From: Vampirovibrionales bacterium
GTDB taxonomy: Bacteria > Cyanobacteriota > Vampirovibrionia > Vampirovibrionales > Vampirovibrionaceae
NCBI GenBank assembly: GCA_039794365.1
Contig: JBDIVN010000009.1
Location: 70,833-134,832, forward strand
Reading direction: 5' to 3'
DNA: 64,000 nt
Position 1 is the first letter of the stretch. Every line of letters starts with the position of its first letter. The position numbers and the translations under genes are program-made. The notes beneath the pieces are model-generated. The model ran no database searches and had not been told where the DNA came from. It saw nothing but the letters and a program-made list of their open reading frames with translations. This document shows positions 38,846-49,156 of this stretch, one piece after another.

Positions 38846-40554
38846 GTTTGGAGACCGTCATGACCGGAAAAATCCTGCCCAAAAAGGCGATCCAGAACAT
38901 GGAAGCCTACTCCGCGCCGCTGGAGGGCCGCCGCAATAAAATACGGCTGGATTTCAACGAGAATACCACCGGCTTCCCTGACGCCTACGAAGGACTTCCG
39001 GCGGAACTCATCAACGCTTACCCGGAGTACGACGCCTTTCTGGAGAAACTGGCGAAGCACTTCGGCGTGAAGCCGGAAAACCTGATGCTGACCAACGGCA
39101 GCGCCGAGGCCCTGTTCCTCATCCCGTTCACCTTCATCGAGCCGGACGAGGATGTCGCCGTCGTCTCCACGCCCACGTTCCCCATCATCCCCCACAGCCT
39201 GCGCCTCGTTCAGGCAAAACTGCGGGAAGTCACCGCCAACCCGGATCTCACCTATAACGTGGACGGACTGGAACAGGCCCTAGCCGAAGGCGCCAAGCTC
39301 TGCATCATCGCCACGCCGGACAACCCTACCGGCGCTGTACTGGATGCCGACGTCATCCTGCGCTGGTGCGACCGGTTTCCTGACACGCTCTTCGTCATTG
39401 ACGAGGCCTACTACGAGTTTGACGGTCGCACGGTGCTGCCGGAGGTGACCAAACGCCATAACCTGCTGGTGACCCGCAGCTTCTCCAAGGCGTGGTCGCT
39501 GGCGTCACTGCGCCTGGGGGTGATTATCGGCCCGGAGGAGTTGATGAAATACATTGGCCGGGCAAAATCGCCCTACAGTGTCAACGCCGTCGCCGTGAAG
39601 CTGGCCTCAAACCTGCTGGATCGCCATGACGAGGTTCAAGCGCAGGCGCAGGCCATCATGGCCCGCAAGCAGCGGATGATCGAGGAGGTCCGAAAGCGTG
39701 GTTATGACGTGGTGGAAGGCGCGGGCAACTTCTTCCTGCTCAAGGCGGGGTTCGATTCCAAGACTCTCAGCCAGTTCTGCTACGAGCGTGGCGTGTTATT
39801 GCGGGATCGTTCCGGCCTGCCCCACATGTGGGGGACCATCCGGGTGAATGCCGGGACGGATGACGAGATCGAGCGCTTCCTTGAATGCCTTGACGAGTTC
39901 CGTCAGAGCCGGGCGCTGATTTTCGACCTCGATGACACCCTGGTGGATACATCCCAAAGCTACGACGCCACGATTCTCCAGTTGCTGAAGGATCACACCG
40001 GCAAGGACGTTCCCCGCAAGGAACTCAAGGCCCTGCGGGCCGAGGGCGGATTCAACGACGACTGGGACGCCACCCGTGAATTGCTCCGCCGCCATGGGAT
40101 CGAGATGACCCGTGAGCAGGTGGAGGCCGAGGGCAAACGAATTTATCTGGGCATCGCCCTGGATACGGAAGACTGGCTGATGCCGGCGGCTCTCTTCGAG
40201 AAGCTGAAACACCGCTACCGGCTGATGGTGGTGACGGGCCGTCCCCGCGATGAGTACGGTCCCGTCTGGCAGTCGCGGCTCGATCCGCTGGTGGAGTGCT
40301 GCGTGTGCCAGGACGACTACGACGGCCTGCCCCGAAAACCGGCCCCGGATGTGCTGAAACGCACCATGCGGGAGACGGGCATCACCGGCGGCATCTACGT
40401 CGGCAATTCCGTGGATGATATGCGCGCCGCAAAGGGTGCGGGCCTCAAGGCCATCGGCGTGACCTCCACCCACGAAGCCCAATTGCTCTCCGAGGCCGGG
40501 GCGGATACGATTATCGAGTCCATGAACGACTTACGAAAGGTGCTGATGCTATGA
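38842..40554 (+). CDS. hisC: Histidinol-phosphate aminotransferase fused to a C-terminal HAD-family phosphatase
   Basis: LDFNEN, PDNPTG, DEAYYEF, RSFSKAWSLASLRLG (PLP Lys); then FDLDDTLVD, GGFNDDW, VVTGR, KPAP, YVGNSVDD. Confidence 0.9.
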   Translation: MSLETVMTGKILPKKAIQNMEAYSAPLEGRRNKIRLDFNENTTGFPDAYEGLPAELINAYPEYDAFLEKLAKHFGVKPENLMLTNGSAEALFLIPFTFIEPDEDVAVVSTPTFPIIPHSLRLVQAKLREVTANPDLTYNVDGLEQALAEGAKLCIIATPDNPTGAVLDADVILRWCDRFPDTLFVIDEAYYEFDGRTVLPEVTKRHNLLVTRSFSKAWSLASLRLGVIIGPEELMKYIGRAKSPYSVNAVAVKLASNLLDRHDEVQAQAQAIMARKQRMIEEVRKRGYDVVEGAGNFFLLKAGFDSKTLSQFCYERGVLLRDRSGLPHMWGTIRVNAGTDDEIERFLECLDEFRQSRALIFDLDDTLVDTSQSYDATILQLLKDHTGKDVPRKELKALRAEGGFNDDWDATRELLRRHGIEMTREQVEAEGKRIYLGIALDTEDWLMPAALFEKLKHRYRLMVVTGRPRDEYGPVWQSRLDPLVECCVCQDDYDGLPRKPAPDVLKRTMRETGITGGIYVGNSVDDMRAAKGAGLKAIGVTSTHEAQLLSEAGADTIIESMNDLRKVLML

Positions 40555-41165
40555 GCGCGACGTCCGTGAACAACCGCCAGAGCCGCAAGGCAACCGTGGA
40601 ACGGGAATCGAAGGAAACGCAGATCCGGGTGTCCATCAATATCGATGACTCGTCCGAGCTGTCCATCGAAACCGGGCTGCCCTTCTTCAACCACATGCTC
40701 GAAGCCTTCGCCGTCCACGGCCGCTTCGGGCTGGTGATTGATGCCAAGGGCGACGTGGAGGTGGACCCGCACCACCTGATTGAGGACACCGGCATCGTCC
40801 TCGGCCAGGCTATCGCCAAGGCCCTGGACGGCTACAAGGGCATTGCCCGTGCGGGGTGCTTCGCCTTTCCCATGGATGGCACCCTCTCCGTCACCGCCGT
40901 GGATCTCTGTGGCCGGGCGAACCTGGTCTGGAAGGTCAAGTTCGGCCCGTTCACCGTGGGCAGCCTGGACCCGAATCTCTTCCGGGAGTTTTACAAGGGT
41001 CTCGTCGATGGCATGAAGGGCACCCTGCACGTCCATGTGCCGGTGCAGGACAACGATCACCACGTGGTGGAATCCATCTTCAAGGCCTTCGCCCGATCCC
41101 TGCGCCAGGCGGCGGAACCCGTCGATGCGGCGGTGCTCAGCACCAAAGGCATGCTCGACACATGA
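40551..41165 (+). CDS. hisB: Imidazoleglycerol-phosphate dehydratase (monofunctional)
   Basis: TGLPFFNHML, DPHHLIED, NDHHVVESIFKA, STKG. Confidence 0.96.
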   Translation: MSATSVNNRQSRKATVERESKETQIRVSINIDDSSELSIETGLPFFNHMLEAFAVHGRFGLVIDAKGDVEVDPHHLIEDTGIVLGQAIAKALDGYKGIARAGCFAFPMDGTLSVTAVDLCGRANLVWKVKFGPFTVGSLDPNLFREFYKGLVDGMKGTLHVHVPVQDNDHHVVESIFKAFARSLRQAAEPVDAAVLSTKGMLDT

Positions 41166-41764
41166 TCGAGTTGATCGACTACGGCGGCGGCAACGTCGGC
41201 AGCGTCATCCGCTGCCTGCACCGGCTGGAGATTCCCTTTCGCATGGCCGGTCCCGACAGTTTGCCGTCGGGTGATCGCCCCATGATCCTCCCCGGCGTCG
41301 GCGCTTTTGGCTCAGTTATGCGAAGACTTTCTGAGGGGCGCGAGCTTTCCAAGGGTGGTCTGGCCGATCGCATCAAGGCACTTGTCGCCGAAGGGACGCC
41401 CTACCTGGGCATTTGCGTCGGCTTGCAGGTGCTGCTTGATGAAAGTACCGAGAATCCCGGCGTGCCGGGGCTGGGGCTGATCCCCGGCAAGGTCGTCAAG
41501 TTCACCGGCGGCAAGATCCCCCAGATTGGCTGGAATTCTATTCACGCCCCCAATGGAAAACAGGCTCCCGACGGGTATGTCTATTTCGTGAACTCATACT
41601 ATGCCGCCCCGGCGGACCCTTCCGTGGTTCTCTATGAAGCGAATTACAACGGTCCTTTCTGTGCCGCCATCCAGAAGGACAACATCACCGCCTTCCAGTT
41701 TCACCCGGAAAAAAGCGGCCACTTCGGCCATGAACTGTTTCGGAGGTGGTTCGATGCTGTGTAG
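41162..41764 (+). CDS. hisH: Imidazole glycerol phosphate synthase, glutaminase subunit
   Basis: [33 protein letters not shown]. Confidence 0.95.
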   Translation: MIELIDYGGGNVGSVIRCLHRLEIPFRMAGPDSLPSGDRPMILPGVGAFGSVMRRLSEGRELSKGGLADRIKALVAEGTPYLGICVGLQVLLDESTENPGVPGLGLIPGKVVKFTGGKIPQIGWNSIHAPNGKQAPDGYVYFVNSYYAAPADPSVVLYEANYNGPFCAAIQKDNITAFQFHPEKSGHFGHELFRRWFDAV

Positions 41765-42515
41765 ACGGATCATCCCCTGCCTCGACGTGGCCGGTGGCCG
41801 GACGGTGAAGGGCATTAAATTTCAGAACCTGCGCGATATCGGCGATCCCGTCGCCCTGGCCGTGGTCTACCAGGAGCAGGGGGCCGATGAATTGCTGTTT
41901 CTGGACATCTCCGCCTCCCACGAGGGACGCGAAACCATGTTCCACGTCGTCGAGCAGGTGGCGGAAAGCCTGATGATTCCCTTTACCGTGGGTGGCGGGG
42001 TCTCTACGCTCGCCCATGTGAAAAAGCTGCTGAATTGCGGCGCAGACAAGGTTTCAGTCAACACCGCCGCCGTGTATAACCCGCAACTGATCAAAGAGAT
42101 CGCCGACGAATGCGGCTCACAGTGTTGTGTGCTGGCCATCGATGCCCGGCGTCGTTCGGACGGAAACGGCTGGGAGGTATTGACCCACGGCGGACGGAAA
42201 ATTGCCAGGGAAGACGCGCTGGCCTGGGCGAAAGAGGCCGTTGAATTGGGTGCTGGTGAAATCTTGCTGACCTCCTGGGATCGCGACGGCACCCATGAGG
42301 GCTTCGATCTCGAACTCACCCGCGCCTTTGCCGATGCTCTCCCTGTGCCGGTGATCGCCTCCGGCGGGGCCAGCGGAGCAGGAAGTTTTGTGGATGTATT
42401 TCAGCAGGGCCATGCCGATGCGGCGCTGGCGGCGAGTATTTTCCACGACGGCGAGTGGACCGTTGAGGGTCTGAAAGAAGTCATTAAGCAGGAAGGAATC
42501 CCGGTTCGACTATGA
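41754..42515 (+). CDS. hisF: Imidazole glycerol phosphate synthase, cyclase subunit
   Basis: [44 protein letters not shown]. Confidence 0.96.
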   Translation: MLCRRIIPCLDVAGGRTVKGIKFQNLRDIGDPVALAVVYQEQGADELLFLDISASHEGRETMFHVVEQVAESLMIPFTVGGGVSTLAHVKKLLNCGADKVSVNTAAVYNPQLIKEIADECGSQCCVLAIDARRRSDGNGWEVLTHGGRKIAREDALAWAKEAVELGAGEILLTSWDRDGTHEGFDLELTRAFADALPVPVIASGGASGAGSFVDVFQQGHADAALAASIFHDGEWTVEGLKEVIKQEGIPVRL

Positions 42516-43750
42516 TTATCCCCAGTATCGACCTGATAGACGGCAAGGCGGTGCAGTTGCGCCAGGGCAAGGAGCACGTGCTGACCCACGACACGGACCC
42601 GGTGGAACTGGCCCGCGAATTCAACCGTTACGGTGAGATCGGTGTCATCGATCTCGACGCGGCGATGGGCAAGGGCGACAACCTGGAACTCGTCAAGCGC
42701 ATCTGCCGGGTGGCCAGCGTCCGGGCCGGGGGCGGGATTCGCACCAAGGAGCGAGCGAGCGAGCTGCTTCGCGCCGGGGCGGAGCGCATCATCATCGGCA
42801 CGTCCGCCACGCCGGAATTTCTTTCGCAGCTTCCAAAAGAGCGGGTCATGGTGGCCATCGACCACATGCAGGGCGAAGTCGTCGATCAGGGCTGGACCCG
42901 CGGCACCGGCGAGACGTTTCTGGACCGGGCCAACGCGCTGAAAGACTACTGCGGCTCCTTCCTCTGCACCTTCGTGGCCGAGGAAGGCACGATGAAGGGC
43001 ATGAATATCCCCGAAGTTCTGGCGATCCAAAAGCAGATCGACAAGCCTCTCACCGTGGCGGGCGGCATTGCCCGGACGGAGGAGGTCATCGAGCTGTCGA
43101 AGCACGGCCTCGACGTTCAGGTCGGTATGGCCCTCTATACCGGCAATCTCGATCCGGTGGACGCCGTGGTCGGCAGCCTGGACTTTGACAAGCAGGGCGG
43201 GTTGATTCCCACCATCGTGCAGGACGAGGCGGACCAGGTGCTGATGCTGGCCTACAGCTCGAAGGAATCCCTTCAGCAGGCCCTGAAAACCGGAAAAGGC
43301 ATCTATTTCAGCCGATCCCGCAACGAATTGTGGGAGAAGGGCAAGACCTCCGGCAACATGCAGGAGCTGCTTTCGTGCCGGGTGGATTGCGACCGGGACA
43401 CGATTTTATTCACGGTCAGCCAGTCGGGACCTGCCTGTCATACGGAAGCCTACAGCTGTTTCGGCAGCGGCCTGCGTACCCGCCGCTTCTCGTTGCCGGT
43501 CCTCTTTGATATTCTGGACGAACGCCGCCGGAATCTGCCCGAAGGCTCCTACTCGGCCAAGCTCTTCAAAGACCGTGCTCTGCTCAACAGCAAGGTGATG
43601 GAAGAGGCGCAGGAAGCCATCGAGGCGGAGAGATTCGACGACGTGGTGTGGGAAATCTCCGACGCCATCTACTTCCTTAGCGCGCTGGCCGTCAGCCAGG
43701 GGGTGCGGTGGACGGATATCGAAGCCGAACTGGGAGGCCGTCACAAATGA
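42512..43750 (+). CDS. hisA: HisA-HisI-HisE triple fusion
   Basis: [14 protein letters not shown] / RAGGGIR (HisA); [30 protein letters not shown] (HisI); [17 protein letters not shown] (HisE). Confidence 0.9.
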   Translation: MIIPSIDLIDGKAVQLRQGKEHVLTHDTDPVELAREFNRYGEIGVIDLDAAMGKGDNLELVKRICRVASVRAGGGIRTKERASELLRAGAERIIIGTSATPEFLSQLPKERVMVAIDHMQGEVVDQGWTRGTGETFLDRANALKDYCGSFLCTFVAEEGTMKGMNIPEVLAIQKQIDKPLTVAGGIARTEEVIELSKHGLDVQVGMALYTGNLDPVDAVVGSLDFDKQGGLIPTIVQDEADQVLMLAYSSKESLQQALKTGKGIYFSRSRNELWEKGKTSGNMQELLSCRVDCDRDTILFTVSQSGPACHTEAYSCFGSGLRTRRFSLPVLFDILDERRRNLPEGSYSAKLFKDRALLNSKVMEEAQEAIEAERFDDVVWEISDAIYFLSALAVSQGVRWTDIEAELGGRHK

Positions 43751-45012
43751 TTCCCGTCTACACCGGCAAAAAAGCCCGCGAACTGCTGATGACCCTCGCC
43801 GAATTCACTCCCTCGGCGGATCACACCGTCGAGCAGGCCGTCCGCCAAATTATTTCCAACGTCCGTGACGGCGGCGACGGCGCCCTGCGCGAACTGGCCC
43901 GGCGCTTCGGCGATCCGGTGCCGGACAACTTCCTGATGTCCGCGCTTGAGATTGAAGAGGCTGTTCGCCGTGTTCCCGAAGAAACCCGGAAGGTCTTGAA
44001 CCAGGCGGCGGAAAATATTCGATTCTTCGCCCAGTCCGTCAAGGATGGGATTTCACCGGTCTATCTGGATCGCGGCGGCTTTCTCACCGGGCTGGACTTT
44101 CGTCCGGTGGAGCGGGTGGCCTGTTATGTCCCCGGCGGACGTTATCCCCTCCCTTCAACGGCCCTGATGACGGCCATCACTGCCCAGGTAGCGGGGGTGC
44201 AGGATATCTGCATCGCCTCCCCCTCGCTGCGGGATGAGATTGTTTATGCCGGAACCCTGGCTGGTGTGAAAAAATTCTACCGCCTTGGCGGTGCCCAGGC
44301 GGTGGCGGCACTGGCGACAGGAACGGAATCCGTTGGGAAAGTCGATATGATCGTCGGCCCCGGCAACGCCTATGTTACCGAAGCCAAACGCCAGTTGCAG
44401 GGCATTATCGGCATCGATATGCTGGCGGGGCCCAGCGAAGTCGGGATCATTGCCGACGAGGGCGCCAACCCGAAGTGGGTGGCGCTGGATCTGCTGGCCC
44501 AGGCGGAACATGATCCCGATGCCCGCGCCTATCTTTTTACCGATAGCGATGTTTTGGCTGGACGGGTGGCCGCCGAGGTCGAAACCGCCCTGACCAAACT
44601 CAGTCTGCCGGACTTCATGCGCCGGTCCCTGGAGGCCAGTGGAATTTTCGTTCTATCCTCCCTGAACGAATGCGTGGAAGCTTGTAACTACCTGGCCCCG
44701 GAGCACTTGGAGCTTCAGGTTGCGGACCCGATGCCCCTCAAGCTTAGGCTGCATCATTACGGTGCCCTGTTCATGGGTTACGAAACCACGGTGCCCCATG
44801 GCGACTATATGGCCGGGCCGAACCATACCCTGCCGACGGGACGCACGGCACGCTTTTCCGGCAGCCTCACGCCGCTCACGTTCCTGCGCCCCCAAAGCTG
44901 GATCGAGGTGAAACCCGGCGACCGCACCCTGCCGGACGCCACCCGGAAGTTCGCCGAACTCGAGGGTCTCACCGCCCACGCCGCTGCCGCCAGTGTTCGG
45001 GCAAATATATAA
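43747..45012 (+). CDS. hisD: Histidinol dehydrogenase
   Basis: YVPGGRYP, GGAQAVAALA, GPGNAYV, IDMLAGPSE, LLAQAEHD, APEHLEL, GPNHTLPT. Confidence 0.96.
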   Translation: MIPVYTGKKARELLMTLAEFTPSADHTVEQAVRQIISNVRDGGDGALRELARRFGDPVPDNFLMSALEIEEAVRRVPEETRKVLNQAAENIRFFAQSVKDGISPVYLDRGGFLTGLDFRPVERVACYVPGGRYPLPSTALMTAITAQVAGVQDICIASPSLRDEIVYAGTLAGVKKFYRLGGAQAVAALATGTESVGKVDMIVGPGNAYVTEAKRQLQGIIGIDMLAGPSEVGIIADEGANPKWVALDLLAQAEHDPDARAYLFTDSDVLAGRVAAEVETALTKLSLPDFMRRSLEASGIFVLSSLNECVEACNYLAPEHLELQVADPMPLKLRLHHYGALFMGYETTVPHGDYMAGPNHTLPTGRTARFSGSLTPLTFLRPQSWIEVKPGDRTLPDATRKFAELEGLTAHAAAASVRANI

Positions 45013-45030
45013 GCAAATGCAATTTTTTGC

Positions 45031-45060
45031 TTGACGGTGTTTTAATAGATCAAGTAGATT
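45031..45060 (+). promoter_or_regulatory. Putative sigma70 promoter of the trp operon
   Basis: TTGACG-N18-TAGATT in the AT-rich gap after hisD. Confidence 0.45.
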
Positions 45061-45093
45061 TGAACATTATCAAAACGAGAATCTGTATTTCAA

Positions 45094-45183
45094 ATGACGT
45101 ACTTCCCGAACGCAATCAACAACAACTGGCGGGCCTGGTGGCATTCTGACCGACCTGCCGGTGGGCGCTGTTTGGGCGCGTAA
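45094..45183 (+). CDS. trpL: Trp operon leader peptide MTYFPNAINNNWRAWWHSDRPAGGRCLGA
   Basis: 29-codon ORF with W-R-A-W-W upstream of a terminator/antiterminator pair. Confidence 0.88.
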   Translation: MTYFPNAINNNWRAWWHSDRPAGGRCLGA

Positions 45184-45213
45184 AACGTTCGGGATTCAAC
45201 TACCGTAAGTTTC

Positions 45214-45250
45214 AAAACCGCAGGTCTGTCACAAGACACCTGCGGTTTTT
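45214..45250 (+). terminator. Trp attenuator terminator
   Basis: AAAACCGCAGGT...ACCTGCGGTTTTT; 45152-45162 (GACCTGCCGGT) can pair with 45217-45226 as the antiterminator. Confidence 0.88.
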
Positions 45251-45286
45251 CATTTGCAGACTTTTCAAACAGAAGGAATCCAGACC

Positions 45287-46132
45287 ATGACGACCTATCG
45301 CTACCAGAAAGAAAACTCCGCCCACCGGACCACTGTTCAAGTGGGCAATGCCGCTTTCGGTGGACGGACTGTGCCGGTAATTGCCGGACCTTGCGCCGTG
45401 GAATCCTTGGAACAGTTGGAGGAAACGGCGAAGGCCCTGAAGAAGGCGGGCATCGCCTGCATCCGTGCCGGGGCCTTTAAGCCCCGCACGTCGCCCTATG
45501 CCTTCCAGGGCATGGGCGAAGAGGGCCTGAAGCTGCTGGATCAAATCCGTTCCAGATACGGGCTGGCCGTTGTCTCTGAGGTGATGAGCGTTGAGCAGAT
45601 CGCCATTGCCGAACCCTACGTCGATTGCTTCCAGGTGGGGTCGCGCAATATGCAGAATTTTGAGCTGCTCAAGGCGCTGGGGCGAACCAACAAGCCGGTG
45701 CTGCTGAAGCGGGGTCTCAGCGCTACCCTCGATGAGTTCCTGATGGCGGCGGAATATATTATGGCCGAAGGCAACACGCAGGTGATTCTCTGCGAGCGGG
45801 GTATCCGCAGCTTCGATCCGGCCACGCGCAACGTGCTGGATCTGGCTGCCGTAGCGCTTTTAAAGGAAAAAACCCACCTTCCGGTCATCGTGGACCCCAG
45901 CCACGCCACCGGGCGGCGTTCCCTTGTCGGTCCGGCGTCGCTGGCGGCGGCGGCCATCGGGGCGGACGGGCTGATCATCGAGGCCCATCCCCAACCGGAA
46001 AAATCCGTGTCCGACGCGGATCAGGCCCTTTCCCTTGCCGAGCTGGCGGCCCTTGTTCCACAATTGGATGCGGTGACCGCCGCCATCGGGCGGACGGTTG
46101 CCGAAGTCCCCTCCTACAGGAAAACCGCCTGA
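45287..46132 (+). CDS. aroF: DAHP synthase, type I-beta, catalytic domain only
   Basis: IAGPCAVES, GAFKPRTSPYAFQG, GSRNMQNF, LKRG, LCERGIR, DPSHATG; no N-terminal ACT domain. Confidence 0.92.
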   Translation: MTTYRYQKENSAHRTTVQVGNAAFGGRTVPVIAGPCAVESLEQLEETAKALKKAGIACIRAGAFKPRTSPYAFQGMGEEGLKLLDQIRSRYGLAVVSEVMSVEQIAIAEPYVDCFQVGSRNMQNFELLKALGRTNKPVLLKRGLSATLDEFLMAAEYIMAEGNTQVILCERGIRSFDPATRNVLDLAAVALLKEKTHLPVIVDPSHATGRRSLVGPASLAAAAIGADGLIIEAHPQPEKSVSDADQALSLAELAALVPQLDAVTAAIGRTVAEVPSYRKTA

Positions 46133-47607
46133 TGGCCACGCAACCCACCGTAATCGCCCTGCTCTCCGACGTGGAAACGCCGGTTTCCCTGTTCTACAAG
46201 CTGAACCGGGAGGCGGATACAGCGTTCCTCTTCGAAAGTTCCGACGGCGACAAGCGGGTGGCCCGGTTCTCGTTCATGGGCCTGTCTCCGTTGGCGGTGC
46301 TGTCCTTTCGGGACGGTCAGGCGCAAGTGACCGACCTGGAAACCGGCAAGCTTGAGACGCTGCCCTGCGCCAATCCCATCGCCGTGATGCAGGAACAGCA
46401 GAAAAAGCGGCTGCCGGTGACGCCGGAAGTACCGGGCATTCTCAAGACCTTTCCTTTCATCGGCGGCTGGGTCGGTTACATGGGCTACGGCGCGACCCAT
46501 TACTTCGACGGCATTCCCCGGCAGGACGCCGATCCGCTGGCCGTGCCGGACGGTTGCTACGGACTGTACGATACGGTTATCGTTTTCGACCACCTGTTCC
46601 GGCGGATTTATTTCGTCTCCTACCGGGAAGAGGCGGGAGCCAGGGCCTTATGGGAGACGGTGCGCACGAAGATTGCCGATCAGTCCGACTGCCTGCCGCC
46701 CCTGTTCTACCAGGACGACGTGTCCGACGACGTGATTTTTGACGACGTGAGCGCCTCGTTTACGAAAGCGGGCTTCTGTGACACCGTGCGCCAGGTGAAG
46801 GAATACATCAGCGAAGGCCAGGTGTTCCAGTTGGTGCTCTCCCAGCGGTTCTCCGTCCCGGCGGACTGTCCGGCGCTGGACATCTACCGTTCCGTTCAGG
46901 CCATCAACCCCTCACCCTACTCGTATTTCCTGACGTTCCCCGGTTTCACCTACCTCGGCTCCTCGCCGGAAACGTTCGTCACCTGCCAGAACGGCCGGGC
47001 CAGCCTGCGGGCGCTGGCGGGCACTCGCCACCGGGGACAGACCGACGCCGAGGACGGGCGACTGGCCGAGGAATTGCGCAACGATCCCAAGGAACTGGCG
47101 GAACATCGGATGCTGGTGGATCTGGGCCGTAACGACATGGGCCGGGTCTGCGAGGTCGGCACGGTGACCGTAGGCGAAATCGCCCGACTGACCCGCTACA
47201 CCCACGTAATGCATCTGGCGACGGAAATTACCGGCCAGCTTCGTTCGGACAAAACGGCCTACGATGTGTTCAAAAGCTGCTTTCCCCGTGGCACTGTCAG
47301 CGGGGCGCCGAAGATCCGGGCAATGGAACTGCTTGCCCAACTGGAACCGGAGCGCCGGGGCATCTATTCCGGGGCGGTGGGCTATTTTGATCTCTGCGGC
47401 AACCAGGACAGCGCCATCGCCATTCGCTCGGCGCTGGTCAAGGACGGAATGGTCCATGTGAACGCCGGGGCAGGGATCGTATATGATTCCGTACCCGAAA
47501 ACGAATACGAGGAAACCCGGAACAAGGCCAAGAGCATCCTGAAAGCCGTGAAGATCGCCGAAAAAATGAGTCGGGAAAATGAGAGGACGACGCCATGCCG
47601 GTCGTAA
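46132..47607 (+). CDS. trpE: Anthranilate synthase component I
   Basis: FLFES, GGWVGYMGY, QLVLSQR, NPSPY, GSSPE, LAGTR, EHRMLVDLGRND, GTVSGAPK. Confidence 0.96.
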   Translation: MATQPTVIALLSDVETPVSLFYKLNREADTAFLFESSDGDKRVARFSFMGLSPLAVLSFRDGQAQVTDLETGKLETLPCANPIAVMQEQQKKRLPVTPEVPGILKTFPFIGGWVGYMGYGATHYFDGIPRQDADPLAVPDGCYGLYDTVIVFDHLFRRIYFVSYREEAGARALWETVRTKIADQSDCLPPLFYQDDVSDDVIFDDVSASFTKAGFCDTVRQVKEYISEGQVFQLVLSQRFSVPADCPALDIYRSVQAINPSPYSYFLTFPGFTYLGSSPETFVTCQNGRASLRALAGTRHRGQTDAEDGRLAEELRNDPKELAEHRMLVDLGRNDMGRVCEVGTVTVGEIARLTRYTHVMHLATEITGQLRSDKTAYDVFKSCFPRGTVSGAPKIRAMELLAQLEPERRGIYSGAVGYFDLCGNQDSAIAIRSALVKDGMVHVNAGAGIVYDSVPENEYEETRNKAKSILKAVKIAEKMSRENERTTPCRS

Positions 47608-48185
47608 TCATCGATAATTACGATTCGTTTACGTACAACCTCTACCAGATGGTGCAGGCGCTGACCGAAGAACCCGTGGTCGTCTATCGCAACGACGGCA
47701 TCGGCCTCGATGGGCTGGCGGCCCTTTCTCCCTCACGAATCATTCTTTCCCCCGGCCCCGGCCATCCGGGCGTGGAACGGGATTTTGGCGTCTGTAAAAA
47801 CGTGATTCTCAGGCAGGCCGAACTGGGCTGTCCCGTGCTGGGGGTTTGCCTGGGCCACCAGGGGATCGTGCATCACCTGGGCGGCAGCGTCACCCGCGCC
47901 CCGGAGATCGTCCACGGCAAGACCAGCAACGTCCGGGTGCTGGAAGATTCGTCCCTGTTCGACGGCCTCTCCAACCCCTTCATCGCCATGCGCTACCACT
48001 CGCTGGTGATTGGCGACGATGACCTGCCGTCAGTGCTTCGGGTGACGGCCCGCGAGGAGAAGAACAACCTGCCAATGGCGTTGCAGCACGAAAGCCAGCC
48101 GTTGTACGGGGTGCAGTTCCATCCGGAATCCATCGGAACGCCGGAAGGGTCACAACTGTTGAGGAATTTCCTTGAAAAATGCTAA
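47595..48185 (+). CDS. trpG: Anthranilate synthase component II
   Basis: IDNYDSFTYN, SPGPG, LGVCLGHQ, RYHS, QFHPES. Confidence 0.95.
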   Translation: MPVVIIDNYDSFTYNLYQMVQALTEEPVVVYRNDGIGLDGLAALSPSRIILSPGPGHPGVERDFGVCKNVILRQAELGCPVLGVCLGHQGIVHHLGGSVTRAPEIVHGKTSNVRVLEDSSLFDGLSNPFIAMRYHSLVIGDDDLPSVLRVTAREEKNNLPMALQHESQPLYGVQFHPESIGTPEGSQLLRNFLEKC

Positions 48186-49155
48186 AAAACAAATGCTGAC
48201 CCGCGAGCGTATTGAGGATCTCATTCACCTACGCCTGCCCGAAACCGAGGCGCGGCGGCAACTGACGGAACTGACGCCGGACCGGGTGGATGCGGAGATT
48301 TTTGCCGCCTTTCTGGAGGCCATGCGGGCCTGCGGTGAGGCGGTTCCCGTACCGGAAACTTCCGTGATGGACTGCTGCGGCACCGGCGGCAGTGGCAGGC
48401 CCCACTACAACACCTCCACCACGGTGGCTTTTATTCTGGCGGCGGGCGGGGTGCCGGTGGTGAAATTCGGCAACCGGGCCATGAGCAGCAAGAGCGGTAG
48501 CTTTGACATTCTGGAATACCTGGGCATCCCCGCCCAATGGGACCTTCAGCGCCTGCCTGAGATTCTGGACGCCTGCAATCTCGTTTTTCTCTACGCTCCC
48601 CAGTGCTACCCGGCGCTGGGCCGCTTCGGCCAGTTGCGGCGCGAGATGGGCATCCGAACGATTTTTAACTTCATGGGACCGCTGCTCAACCCAGTGTACC
48701 CGGCTTATCGGCTGCTCGGTGTTTCCGATTCGAAGATGCAGCGGCTGGCGGCGGATGTGTTGGCCGGAGACGGCAAGACTCGGCAGGCATGGGTGGTTTA
48801 TGGGAACGGCCTGGATGAAATCACCACCGATGGCAAGACGGACGTGTTGGCCGTCCGGCAGGGAAGCGTTGCGAAAAGACGCCTGGTTCAGGTGTTTCCG
48901 GGTCCGCCCCAGACGTTGGATCATACCCCTGCCGAAAATGCCGCGATTTTCGAGGCGCTGGTCAGTGGGGCGGACGTCAGCTCCGGGTTTCATCGCATGG
49001 TTTGCCTCAACGCTGGCGCCGGGTTTTCCATTGCCGGAAAAGCCGGTACACTGGAGGAAGGCATGACGCTGGCCGCCGACCTGCTGGCAGGCGGTGCCGT
49101 CCGCGAAACCCTGGACAAATGCCGTAAAAGTTATTTGGGGAAGGAATCCGCCTGA
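48172..49155 (+). CDS. trpD: Anthranilate phosphoribosyltransferase
   Basis: DCCGTGGSG, NTST, KFGNRAMSSKSGS, FNFMGPLLNP, GLDEI. Confidence 0.92.
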   Translation: MKNAKKQMLTRERIEDLIHLRLPETEARRQLTELTPDRVDAEIFAAFLEAMRACGEAVPVPETSVMDCCGTGGSGRPHYNTSTTVAFILAAGGVPVVKFGNRAMSSKSGSFDILEYLGIPAQWDLQRLPEILDACNLVFLYAPQCYPALGRFGQLRREMGIRTIFNFMGPLLNPVYPAYRLLGVSDSKMQRLAADVLAGDGKTRQAWVVYGNGLDEITTDGKTDVLAVRQGSVAKRRLVQVFPGPPQTLDHTPAENAAIFEALVSGADVSSGFHRMVCLNAGAGFSIAGKAGTLEEGMTLAADLLAGGAVRETLDKCRKSYLGKESA

Positions 49156-49156
49156 G

